From NCBI GenBank assembly GCA_964057225.1, contig OZ059897.1, positions 8,246,001 to 8,310,000 on the forward strand: a stretch of DNA of 64,000 nucleotides, in the 5' to 3' direction. Made by a program: the position numbers and the translations under genes. Within the stretch, counting starts at the first letter, position 1. Each line of letters starts with the position of its first letter. This document shows positions 1 to 11,700 of the stretch, piece after piece. The DNA comes from Auanema rhodensis. Lineage: Eukaryota; Animalia; Nematoda. The notes beneath the pieces were generated by a model, which ran no database searches, was not told the DNA's origin, and saw only the letters and a list, made by a program, of their open reading frames with translations.

Positions 1-327
1 CATCTATCTATCTATACGTTTTAGCCCGTAAAGCAGATGACTTGGCCAATTGCATAGAAAGTATGGATACCATTTAAAAAATATAAAATTGTTATTTTTT
101 TTTGTTGATAATTTACTGTTCTTACTACATGTTAAGTTGATCGTTGATTTGAATTGTTGATTAGTTGTTGAAAAATATTTTTACGGTCCATATTACTGTT
201 TTTTTTTGTCACATTTGTTGTGATGGACATGGGATCATAGGGAGAGCTTATGAATAGATATGAAAAAAAACAACAAGGGTCCGAATCTATATAAATGCTG
301 GGAAGCTCTGGGGATGAACCCATCACC

Positions 328-2427
328 ATGAAGCCTGGTCTCAGCTTCCTGGTACTATTCTCTGTCCTTTTATATACTGTTAGATGTCAAGATGATGATA
401 ACGAAGCTAACGTTGAAGAGGTCATTTCTGATAAAGTAGTTACTCTTCACGTCATGTTTACAGATTCAAAACGAACTACTTCATGAAGAGACAGATGGAC
501 CTTCGAAGGATGAGTTGAATGAGGTTCATATCATCATTTTTGAGAATGTAGAATATATTGTTTTAAGATGATGGAAGGTATGGCTCTGCTTAGGCTTAGA
601 AGAACTGCTCTCAACCGAAGATCTGCTGCAGAACAGACTGACACCATCGACATTGTACTCAGAAATCTGTCGGATCTCTGAAATCTTATTATTTCAGGAG
701 AGTTACCGTGCTTTCTTCGGACCAGCTGATGAAAATGCTACATCTTCCGTTGTTGCTGAAAACACAGCTTCTCTTAAGTCACTTGCCCTAGAAGGAGATA
801 TGATTCTCAACAGAGAGCAACTTGAAGTTTTGAACACTGGTGGTAGTGGTATAGTGAAATTTTATTTTTCTTCCTATGAATTTGTTACTCGATAGAAATT
901 CTCGAAGATGGTCCTGGTCGTAACCGAAGTAAAAGAGCTGTTATCACAGATAGAAGATTATTATGGAGTCCTTCCACACCAATTTATTATTACCTTGATC
1001 CATCTAGCAGTAAGTTATCACAAAACTGAACTAACAGTTTGATATCAACTCAGATTATGCTTCTGCTGTTATCAGACGAGGAATCAAATTCTGGCATGAC
1101 AACACTTGCTTGACCTTCCAAGTATACATTACAGTGTCTATACTATATTTGAAAAATATTTTTTTCAGGAAAATGCCATGGGCCCTAACAGACTTCGGTT
1201 TTACCGTGGAAGTGGATGCTTCTCTTACATTGGAAAACAAAATTGGGGAGGCCAAGATGTTTCTATCGGAACTGGATGTGAAAACGTATATCCTTTCAAT
1301 CACTATTCCTAATTTAAGCTTGAGTTCAGTTTGGAACTGTCACCCACGAAATCGGTCATGCTTTGGGAGCATACCATACACAATCTCGTTTCGATCGTGA
1401 TAACTTCCTTGCAATTAACTGGAATAACATCGATGGAGCTCAACAGTACAACTTCCAGAAGGTAATAACATTTTCTGAGACACAACATGTACATATTTGA
1501 AATTGTTCAGGTTGCTGCTGCGGCTGAAACTAGCTTCGGTTTGGCTTATGATTTTGGTAGTGTTATGCAATATAATCCATGTGACTTTAGTGATGTCATA
1601 AATGCATTAATCAGTAAGCTTTTCCAGACGCTTTCGCTCGTGATACACGTGTTCCAACATCTTATGCTAAAGACCGTAATTTCCAAAACATGATGGGACA
1701 ACGTGAAGGACCAGCGTTCTCCGATATCAAGATGATTAATACACTCTACCAATGTGATAGTATGTATTAGTCATATTGTTTCAACTTATACTGTGCATTT
1801 CTAGAAAGATGCGGCGCAAATGCTCCAATTTGCGGAAACAAAGGAATCCCTAACTCACGTAACTGCGCACAATGCCTGTGTCCAAAAACCTTTGGTGGAA
1901 AAACTTGCAATCAATTGGATGGTGGAAACGCTCCTATTTGCAATGCTGAAAGTCTTACTGTATGCTTTTTCCAGAAAGCGATCATTTTCACATAAATTTA
2001 GGCTACAAATGCATGGCAGAGTTTCACTGCTACAGTAGGAATGACTGGAACGTCATGGACTAATGGTGACCCCGTCGAATGCAATTGGCATCTTGTGGTC
2101 TGTTACCTTCATGACTTCATTATTAGATTTTGTTTCTTAAGGCCCCTGCTGGAAAGAGAGTCCAAATTCAAATTACAACTTTGGATGGTTACTGTCTTGA
2201 AGGATGTAACTGGAACGGATTTGAAATTAATACTGGAAACTTTGACGTTTCTGGAATGTTGTAAGCTAAATTGAAACTTACTTTTCGTATATTATTTCAA
2301 ACATATCAGATTCTGTTGTACCTCTGTGTCTGGCTACAACTGGTCTTCAACTGGCAATAGAATTACAATTCGAGGACACTCACGATACAGCAAAGGAAAC
2401 TTGACTTTCAGTTACAGAGCTGTTTAG
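328..2427 (+). CDS. Astacin (M12A) metalloprotease, nematode NAS type: signal peptide, prodomain, catalytic domain, EGF-like and CUB domains; multi-exon
   Basis: Signal peptide MKPGLSFLVLFSVLLYTVRC; furin site RNRSKR/AVIT; spliced translation ENAMGPNRLRFYRGSGCFSYIG, zinc motif HEIGHALGAYHTQSRFDRD (from 1345), Met-turn YDFGSVMQY, MGQREGPAFSDIKMIN, Cys-rich EGF, CUB-like CNWHLVAPAGKRVQIQI; ends FSYRAV-TAG at 2425-2427. Confidence 0.93.
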
Positions 2428-3164
2428 CTTGTTAATATAACTTAATAATAATAATTCATGTTGTACTCAAGATAATAAATAAACTGCTTCCCTTCATCTT
2501 GATATATATCAAATCATAACCAATATAGTAGTGATATTTTCTTTTTTCAAAATAATACTATGAGTGCGTGTAGATTCACATTGTGTTTGAATCTGTTCAC
2601 TGGACAACGAAAAAGTTCCGATTTCAAATTGACTTATCCTCTACAATTATTCTAAAAGAAACTCTTTATTCTTACTTCAATTAATGTGCTTTTATTTCTT
2701 ATTCGCTTACTCAAGTATAGAAATCGCAATTGTTGTAACTTCTGGTGAAAATTAAACTGTAAAGCATTGATTAAACGAGAATTTTAATTTTCGGAGAATG
2801 TCTTTCTTATATAACTACTAAAAACTTAAAAAAAAACAGCTTACTAAACCCACTATGAAATTGCCAACTATATTACCGGTGCAGTCTTATTGACACTAGG
2901 TTGGTTTCAAAATTGTCAAATGTAATGTTGAATAAATTACATGTAGCCAATACATCACTGACTTATTTATTTTTTCTATTTAAACGATTATATGATAATA
3001 TGATAATATAAATGATTATTAAATTGAAATGATTTTATTTATCAAATCATAAGAAATAGACGTTAATTTAGTTTCATTACGTTGTTTCATTGAACCCTGC
3101 AGTACTGCAGGAGATGTTATTTACGGACTTTTTTAAATTCCAACAGGATATTAGTTAAAGATCA

Positions 3165-4573
3165 TTATTGCAAGGCAGAAAAGTCTACAGGACCAACTGG
3201 ACCAGAGCCAGTAGTAGGGGCTTTAAGCGTACTTTCATCACCCTTACGGGTATCCATATCAAATTTTCCGAGGAGAGAAGCCATAGCGTCAGTTTCCGGC
3301 CTGACAAGTATACTCTCAATAGCGCTAAGAACTGGTTCATTTTCTAAATTTTCGTCCACAGCCTTAAACGAACACTTTATAACCTAATTGATAAATAAAT
3401 TTTTTACCCTCTCAACTTCATCAGAACTATAACTATAGAAAGAGGTATTTGCGGAATCTGATGGTTCCTCACCCGCCCATTTGTACAAACTCTTCTTCCA
3501 CATTCTGATCTGTAAAAACAAAAGGTCAAATAAACAATGACAAGGTTTTTGCAAACCTGTGCATCCCATGAACGACGGGAGAAATTAATCTGCTTATTAG
3601 GAGTCTTGGGGTGAACACCTTTAACTCGTTTTGCCTTTGGAACCTCGTTCAAATAACGGTTATACACTGGTTTTTCTTTGGCACGATCAATTTCCTAAAG
3701 GGAAAAAATATATAAATGGTAATAGGAATGATATAAGCACCTTTGTTCTACGTTCTAAAACAACGGCATCTGTGCACCATCCTAAAGTTGGATCTTCCCA
3801 ATTGTCTTTTACAGATACGGAATCCCCAGCATTTGAAGAGGGACTACTTCCAGATTTATCAAATAGCCTGGAATGAGCGCAAAATAGAAAGAGGAACAGT
3901 ATTGCGCAATACCTAACGGCAGCTGATTTGCGGCCTTGTAGGTCACTTCTTAAATTTTTACGCGCTGGTCTATCACATGAAGCATTCTTAAAAGGACTTC
4001 TTTTGGCTGGAGAACATCCTTCTCCATCATGGGTAATAGCTGAGCTGGTTGATAATTGGCGTTTACGAGAAGCAAACTAAACGAGTTCAACAAATGATAG
4101 TCACAGAAAAAAGAATACTCACAGCTTTTTCAATTCCTACATTTTCTTTTCCTTTAACATCATCACGACCTCTTAATCTCTCAGAGCGTCTATCCGTTTT
4201 GAAGCCAACATCATCGGCTTCTAACCGCCGAGAAAACTTGGCACGAGTGGATGACTGAGATAAGCACATTGATAAATGAAAAATCATAAATTTCTTACTT
4301 TTTTAGGTACAGCGGTTTTTCTGCGGCTTTCGGATTTAGAAATATTATCGAGAAGAGATTGAGTCAAGTTGCTATCCTCAGCAGTAATTTCTGCCCAGGA
4401 CTTGTTGAGGGGTGAAAAATCTTCTTCTTTCTTAATATCAATCAATAGATTTTGAAGAGTAATTTCCAACTTACAAAAATAGAATTTACAAGATTGTTAG
4501 CTGCTTTAACTGGAGAAGCCCATGCTTTTTTTCTTGGCGAAGTTCTGGTAGCCTTAGCTGGTGATGAAGCCAT
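3165..4573 (-). CDS. cdl-1: Histone mRNA stem-loop binding protein (SLBP/HBP); multi-exon
   Basis: RNA-binding domain [13 protein letters not shown]...[36 protein letters not shown]; C-terminus [16 protein letters not shown]...GPVDFSALQ; ATG at 4573 preceded by a TTTCATAG acceptor. Confidence 0.92.
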
Positions 4574-4684
4574 GAACCTATGAAAAATAATTTAACGATT
4601 CATATGTTAGAAAATAGGAAAAAGAAAGGTTGATATTATAGATAGCACTCTAGGACGGTATGAAAAAGTCATTGAAAAGAAGAA

Positions 4685-4760
4685 ATTGGCGCCCATCGAC
4701 AGACAGCACTAAACGAGAGATTGCGTCTACCATTCAACGTTGAACGCAGCCGTTTTTTCA
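4685..4760. promoter_or_regulatory. Probable (bidirectional) promoter of cdl-1 with an E2F/DRM-like element
   Basis: Locally CpG-richer patch ~110-190 nt upstream of the cdl-1 ATG, containing ATTGGCGC (4685-4692) and the palindrome TTCAACGTTGAA. Confidence 0.4.
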
Positions 4761-4809
4761 ACAGACACAACTAGTATTATTAGCAGAATCCATTTGTTTA
4801 ATTTTCAAG

Positions 4810-5536
4810 TAACTTCATGTAAAACTATGAATAAGTCGAATATATCGAAATTCTGCTAATTTTAAAGTTGGTGTTTAGTCGAGAAGGGAAGGCATAACGT
4901 TGAACATTAGATAAAACTGTTTAGAATGGCCAAATGAGTTTTTTTAAAGATGAGTGTGAAGTAAGATGATTATATCAACTGTATAGACTGTGCTGTCAAT
5001 ATAGACAATTAACATGAAATGTTATAATGAGGCGTGGAATCAAGATTAAAAACTCAAGATAAACTTTTATCTCAGAATGAAGAAGTAACACAACAAGGAT
5101 TAAGTATGACCTCACAACATAGATAAGTGTTGGTATATGAGGCTAATGTCAGCTTGGGGCTATTCAAATGAGCGTCAGGTCATATATTGCGCGGGAATAT
5201 AATGAGAACAAGCTTGAGGTTAGGGACGCAGACAGTCCAGGTGCACCTTAGGCACATCTCCCAGACTTAACTAGTAACTGTCATATAGTAACCGTCTATT
5301 AAACACATAAGAATATGCCTAATGACCCTAAGTACAATGGCATAAGATTTTGAGTACGTGCTATACATGTGTGCTTGTCTCTAACATGACTGTTTTGGCG
5401 CTCAGACATTTTCATTTTTCTTAAGGTTGTCACTTAGACCGGTTGTGTTCACGTCTCATTCGCACAATACGCGCGAGATATATGCAAGATCATTTCTAAG
5501 GTTAAGACGTATGTGTGTAGTACTTACGAAGTGTTA
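4810..5536 (+). ncRNA. Candidate long, highly structured non-coding RNA of unknown family
   Basis: No ORF >=60 aa; about 15 nested helices found by hand, e.g. 5026-5038/5448-5460 (13 bp with 2 G-U), 5169-5176/5397-5404, 5204-5213/5373-5381, 4903-4911/5495-5503; non-Watson-Crick positions are largely G-U on the + strand; AATAAA at 5551. Confidence 0.6.
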
Positions 5537-5635
5537 GAATTATTTATTGAAATAAATGACTGAATAATGAATTTAGATCTCAATCTTTACTGATCATGAG
5601 TAGATAACGAGAATAGATAATATTTTCTGATGTTT

Positions 5636-7007
5636 TTACACGGACGTTGAGCAGAACGTTTCTTTTTGATAAATTAATGCATGTACCACATTTCTAGGTG
5701 AAGATCCTTGATGCATTGTGTCATTGAAATGCCTAAAATATTAATTTTCTTTGGCTATTATTTGTTTAAATACCTCCGGTGTCTGTTCTGTACACTGTAA
5801 TGCTCTGATTTTCTTGCGCTGTTTGAGGCCACCAGGTTCCATTCATCAAGTACTGTTGATCCTGGCAGTTTGCCATGTCCTGATCTTGGGTCAGATGAGG
5901 CGCTGTTATTTGTTAGCATTTTATAGTTATCTGGATGAACTGTACATCTGGCATATTTAGTGGGAGCGGAATGACGATAGTCTGACGTAATTGGGCAGTT
6001 TCGTAGCGGCATACAAACACGCTTAGGTGCTACGGGAAAACGTGAGGAATTGGATGATGAAGGATTTTGGAATGATATAATTATTTGAATGGGTTCACTT
6101 TTAGCTGTTTTCAATTCTTCTTCAGTTTTATGATCCTTTGTCGATGTACATATTTCAGCATCTTTGTATTCTGTAAGAGCAGATGTTTGGCATTCCTTGC
6201 TCTTCATAGACATATATTTTGCTTTTAAAATTTCACATTTCTGACAAGAATCCCAAGCCGTGACATCGGTATTTATCTCAGCATCTCGAAACATTGGCGT
6301 ATGCTGCTTCTGATGTTTAACAGGTATATCGTAATTTGCTAGGCGCAAACGAGGCGAAATACTTGTTAGATTTGGATGCAACTGACGTTTATCCTCATGC
6401 GAAGAATTTGTGTTGCTTTTCTGCTCTACGGGAAAAATTGTGCGAATATCTATGTGTGACCGAGGTCTCCTCTCCCTTATTACTTCACTTATGAATTTTG
6501 CTCTACGGTTGAAACTGCTATCTTGCTTAGGTGCTTCCTTCTTCACTGTTTTTTGACTTCTTGATGAGCGGAAGGATGCTAATGTCGTTTCTGAAAAATA
6601 TGTTTCTTCTGATGATGATGTTGATGACGATGAAGAGGATGAAGATGAAGATGAAGATGATGATGATGGAAATAAACTATGACGGTAGCATGTAGGGAAC
6701 ATTTTCGTTAATCTACAGTACTTAATATGCTTATTAAAATATTAACAACAGTCATACTTTTCATCTCTGTCCTGTGAATCCAAAGAAAATACAGATTGTC
6801 TGTGCTTACGTGAACGTTTTTCTTTGTTCTGAAATTGAATCTATAATATACAAAAACAGAGAAACAGTCACCGATGCGATCCCCTCACTAACTAAATCTA
6901 CATTTTTCTTAGGTTTACTGTTTTTTTTCTTTTTAAACCTGAAATAAGAAGTAAAAAATGATTGAAGTATACTCGTACCTTGTCAAGAGTTTTTTGATGT
7001 AATTCAT
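5636..7007 (-). CDS. Unknown Ser/Lys-rich, probably disordered protein; 5 coding exons inferred
   Basis: 314-aa open exon 5758-6702. Upstream exons splice in frame: MNYIKKLLTR|FKKKKNSKPKKNVDLVSEGIAS|NKEKRSRKHRQSVFSLDSQDRDE|KLTKMFP. Last exon HFNDTMHQGSSPRNVVHALIYQKETFCSTSV*. TTTCCAG acceptor ~15 nt before the ATG. No family recognised. Confidence 0.65.
6610..6668 (-). repeat. Coding trinucleotide-like repeat (TCA/TCT/TCG) giving a poly-Ser tract
   Basis: gatgatgatgttgatgacgatgaagaggatgaagatgaagatgaagatgatgatgatg on the + strand; encodes [19 protein letters not shown]. Confidence 0.85.
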
Positions 7008-7502
7008 CTCGTTTACGATATTCTGGAAATCAATGATATTAAGAAGACCAATATAGGGACATTTAAAGAAAGTCGAGTACATAAAGACTTTAAGTGCCAG
7101 TAGGCTTTTTTTGTTGTAGAAAAAACTAAAATCTTCAATTGTTCATACCGAATTCGTTCTTAAGGCAAATGAAAACACAAAACATTTATGTTTTTGTGAG
7201 TAATTATTGCTTTCAGACAGTCGCTGGCTCAGAATCGAAATGAAATCCAACACATTTTCAGTAACAAAGTGTTCATTATATGTACATAATTAAGATATTT
7301 GTTTTATATAATTTATGAAGTATTAGGTAGCAAAGTAAGAAAATTAAAAACGATACTCTACGTTATAGTTGTATGGTTCTGAATTCTTTTAGATGTTTGT
7401 ATTCAAAATGTCACACACCGTGATTACTCATCAGAAGGAAAACGTTTAGTTATACTATAAAAAAAAATTTATTTTTATCTGGTACGAATATACAATATAT
7501 TT

Positions 7503-8378
7503 CTACGCATCTTCTGGAATAGGCTTTAATGTTACTGTTTCTTCAAAATTTTCACATTGTTTCGGTTCATCACGACATATAATTGAAATTCGACGTCCCT
7601 TTTCAACTTTTTTATCGAAAAAATATGATTCTTCATTAGATAAAACTTCGTGAGTGAAGTCATATCTGTACTGCTCCCTGAAATATCAAATAGAAAAAAT
7701 ATTTTTTTCGTGGTATAATATAGACTAACCCTAAACGATATAATGACCTTCGTTGCAAAAATAAATCAATTATGAATTTATCAGGATCATCTTTATGGCG
7801 AAGCCTCATCACACAATCTGTCAAAAGACTAACACCAGTTATTACATCGCCACAATACTGAAATAAATAGTTCGAAATATAAAGCTCAAATGGTTAAAGT
7901 ACCCGGACACTGTCAATGTGCGGTTTAATCACACCGTCTTGATGCAAGTCCAATATGTGAACATGAGTCAGGTGTTCAGCAGTTTGTGGGAACGAGTGCT
8001 GCCTGTAAAGATCGAAATACGAAAAACAGCATGACCAACAGATTTTTACCTTATCCTTTTGATAATTTCCTCCGATTGAGGGCTCCATCTTCGTTGTTCT
8101 CGTTCGCGATATAAATGAATTGCCTAAGAACCCAGGGAGCAATGAGATAAAAGTATGTTGCAACTTTTTTAACTTACATCATCCCAATGACTTTTTTCGT
8201 ATCTTAATCGTTTCATATGTGGTTCTACTTCTTTTAACATAGCTGCTTCTTCATCAGCATTAATGAAATTAGGAACAACTACGCATGACTTGCTTAAAGC
8301 TTCTTTCAAAAGTGGTGTCAATACAGCTGTTTCATGTAATCTTACAAACGTCGATGATAACACCCGTGTTAAAAACAT
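7503..8378 (-). CDS. alkb-7: AlkB homolog 7 (mitochondrial 2OG-Fe(II) dioxygenase); multi-exon
   Basis: VEPHMKRLRYEKSHWDDAIHLYRERE; HVHILDLHQDGVIKPHIDSVRYCGDVITGVSLLTDCVMRL (HxD motif); RYDFTHEVL and GRRISIICR; N-terminus resembles a mitochondrial presequence. Confidence 0.93.
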
Positions 8379-8708
8379 CTAAACTTGATGAGACTAATAC
8401 GTGTCACATCTATTTAACTTCAGTAGATATGAAATGGTTAGGAACTTCTTCTTTCGTAATCTGTATTTACTTTCAAACTGATTTATTTGCTAGACATAAA
8501 AATACAGTATTATGACATACAAGTTAAAACACGTCTATAACATTAATACATGTAAATGAGGACTTCACGATTACTCTATTAAAAACATAATCTCTATTGC
8601 ATTTTGACCACGTGAAGGTAACAAAATTTTGACTTAAAACGAAACGGTTGCCTGGCTATATGTACCCAAGAATATTAATTTGAGAAAAAAATCTTAATCG
8701 TTTTTCGT

Positions 8709-11700
8709 TTATTCGGCCAACTTTTTCATATCATTTAGTGTTCTCTTTAACTCTTCTCGGAATTCATTTGAGCTCTGAAACAATAATAAATGAAATAAGG
8801 ACTATGTACTTTCGTGAACATACAGTGTTATCAGCTGAACGTTTGCTAGAAATGTGGAAAGAGATTTGGTCTTCTCCAGCAATGATGTACGAGACTCCGT
8901 AACCTCTATCTGCGACAGGTCCAAATCCTCCTGCAAGTTTATAACTAGTTATGATGTCTAAGCTTCCAAACCTCCAGCTGATACTAATCTCAATTTTGCT
9001 TCAGCACTCATACCCTCCATATCAGTCTCACATTGGTTTAACGGTGTTTGACTGGTAGAAAGAAGATAGGATGGTGGGAAAATTTTGTCGAAGAAGGGGG
9101 ACTCCTCTTCGAGATAACGTTTAATAACATATCTGTAAATGTCACATTATAGACGATAGTAAAAGCATATGACTAACAGTGAGAACAAGTGGCGGTCAAC
9201 TCCTTTTCCGCACATAGCATCACGGTACAACTCTTGATGACGGTTGCATGCAGCTCTAAGTAGGGCTAAACGTTCTTGACTCTGAAAGAAATGAAAATGT
9301 TCGTGTTCTTTGTAACAAAAATCTTACAGTCTTGTTCTTATCTAACATAGCAAGTACAAAATCACTAGATTCAACTGTGCAAGAACGAACAGTCTCGGTA
9401 CGTCCTTCGCGATACAAACGGGTCATCGAAGCTTCATAAGTCAACGAGAATTTGTTTTGATTCTGAAAACAAATTTATTGAAGAAAAAATAAACAACTTT
9501 ATTTGAAATTTATATACTCCCGCGAATATCACGTAAACTTCACGTTAGATTGTCATTTATTTAGAGCAGTTGTAAATGCGGTTGCATTACAATAATATTT
9601 TTTCTAGATATTCAAAAATACCTTGAAATAAGTATATTGAAGGCACATTTGGAGGAAAGCATCTGGAGAAACTTTAAGTTTCTTGGCGAAACCTTTTCCG
9701 AAATCAGTCCATACTAAGAGGGCCATTTCTACATCAGCAATCAAATCATTAGCTACTTGCAATGACTTCTCAATTTGTTCCTGTAATCAATTATTGTTAA
9801 AGTGAATAATTAAATTTATATTACCAAAGCTGGCTCTGGAATACTCCACTTCAGGCGTTCAGGTTGGACCTTAAGTTGACATTCTCCTTTGGTATTACCA
9901 TTCTCGTCATAACCGATGAATACAATATCACGTAGAAGACACCATTCCATGAAGTGAGCAGTTACGGCAGCATCTCCCCTAGAACGAGTTATACGATTAA
10001 AAAAGAGAAAAATTAATATATACCAAGAATGTTCAGTATTACATCCAACATGTCCGTTCTTGGAAATAATAAGATTAAATGACTTATCAAACCATCTATC
10101 GTAAGCCTTTCCATGGAGCAGATTGTGTGCCCAATGATCCAATTTAGATGGGTCATTCTTTGAAAAACATAATTTAATAAATTAAAAAATAAGAAACACT
10201 TACTGGATCATAATGAACATCTTCATTGTCCAAAATAACAACAAAAGCTGCTCTTTCAATATCGTTCAAACTGGTTTTGTTGACGCCAGAACGGAAATAA
10301 GCACGACGGGTGGCAGACCATGGTTGACGATCACCAGCAGTAAGAGCAGCCAAATGTTCCTATAATCAGAAATATCAAAAACAAAAATCAGATAAAATGA
10401 CATACCTCTCCTGGAGCAGGGTTGGGTTCTTGTTTTACAATTTCGTCAAATTGATATTGAAGTTCTGCAGCACTCAACAATCTGGAATTTAAGCCAAGGT
10501 TCAATTTAAAATGGCATACGAACAAACCTTTTTCCGTTATGTACGATTACCTTAAACCAACAACCGTTGCATAGAACAGCTACGTGCTTGGCATCATCCC
10601 AATGCAAGAAGCGATCAACCTTCAAAGCAAAAAAATATATTCACGAAATTTGGGAAGTAGGTACCTCTTCTCCTGGAATACGGCAACTGTTGAACAGACG
10701 TTCATACTGCATAGTACAGAATGGAACTTTAGACTTAGGTGAAATCGAGAACTATAAGCAAAAACACTATAAAAGGATATAAAAAAATGAAAACGTACTG
10801 GAGTGACTTCTTGACGATCAACAAGTCTTCTGAATTGAACAGCAGCCCAAGTAATATTGGCAGCACGAGCAGCTTGATTTTTAGTGGGATGTTCATTCAA
10901 AGTATCCTAAAATTTAACATATAACAACATATTTTGAACAGAAAACGTACAAATCCGTAATAGTTACTGTTAATCATAATAGGACTTCTTTGTCTCATGT
11001 AAACAAATTCCTCCCACCAATCAGTAACATAGTTAGTAGATAACCAAGATTTCAAGACAAGGTATCTTTGTAATCTTCGTCCAACTCCCTTACGGAATCT
11101 TTCAGATAAAAATTCAAGTTCTGCATATTCCTCGTTGCTAAGAATTGGCTTCATAGATCGCAAGTGCTATAAATAGAGATGTTATCTTTTCGGCAAAATG
11201 TCGAAATGTTACTTTTTTAACAGTGTCATCTAAGGATGGTAATGGAAGATGAGGAAGAGCACCTTGGAATGAGTGAAGCATTGGTTCCGATTTGGATATT
11301 AAGTGAAGAACTCCCTAAGTTAACAGGTAAAAATACAGAACTTGTTCAAAATACTTACAAACCAAAGCTTGGTCATTTTGGACACAGGCTTTCCTGGTTG
11401 CTCGTACATCCATCCTTTGTATGTGAGCAAGAACTTAATGGAAAACCGAAGAACCTGTACAAGTACGAACCAAATTAGGGCTCCAGATATTAAAACAGAA
11501 AGACTTTGACCAATGATTCCTTCGCTGAACAGAGGGCAAAGTATAAAAACTGATAAAGAAACTTACCCAAAGATAAAAGAAAGCACGTAATGTTGAATGA
11601 ATGGAACTATGCCAAATGATAAATCTTTACGTAGTACTGAGAAGACTGAAATAGCAGCGACTACCAGACTGAATGTTAGCGTATTTGCAGGGAAAAGACC

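Noticed and set aside
1345-1401. Astacin motif with HTQ instead of HEQ after the third His
   Set aside because: This variant is common in nematode NAS proteins; the three zinc-binding His and the catalytic Glu are intact.
5151-5165. GGGGCTATTC resembling the RNase MRP 3' P4 strand
   Set aside because: No upstream GAAAGTCCCC partner is present.
5247-5331. TTAGGC/GCCTAA telomere-like hexamers as an interstitial telomere or canonical telomerase template
   Set aside because: Single copies of only 6-7 nt that pair with each other in a stem; too short for a 1.5-repeat TTAGGC template.
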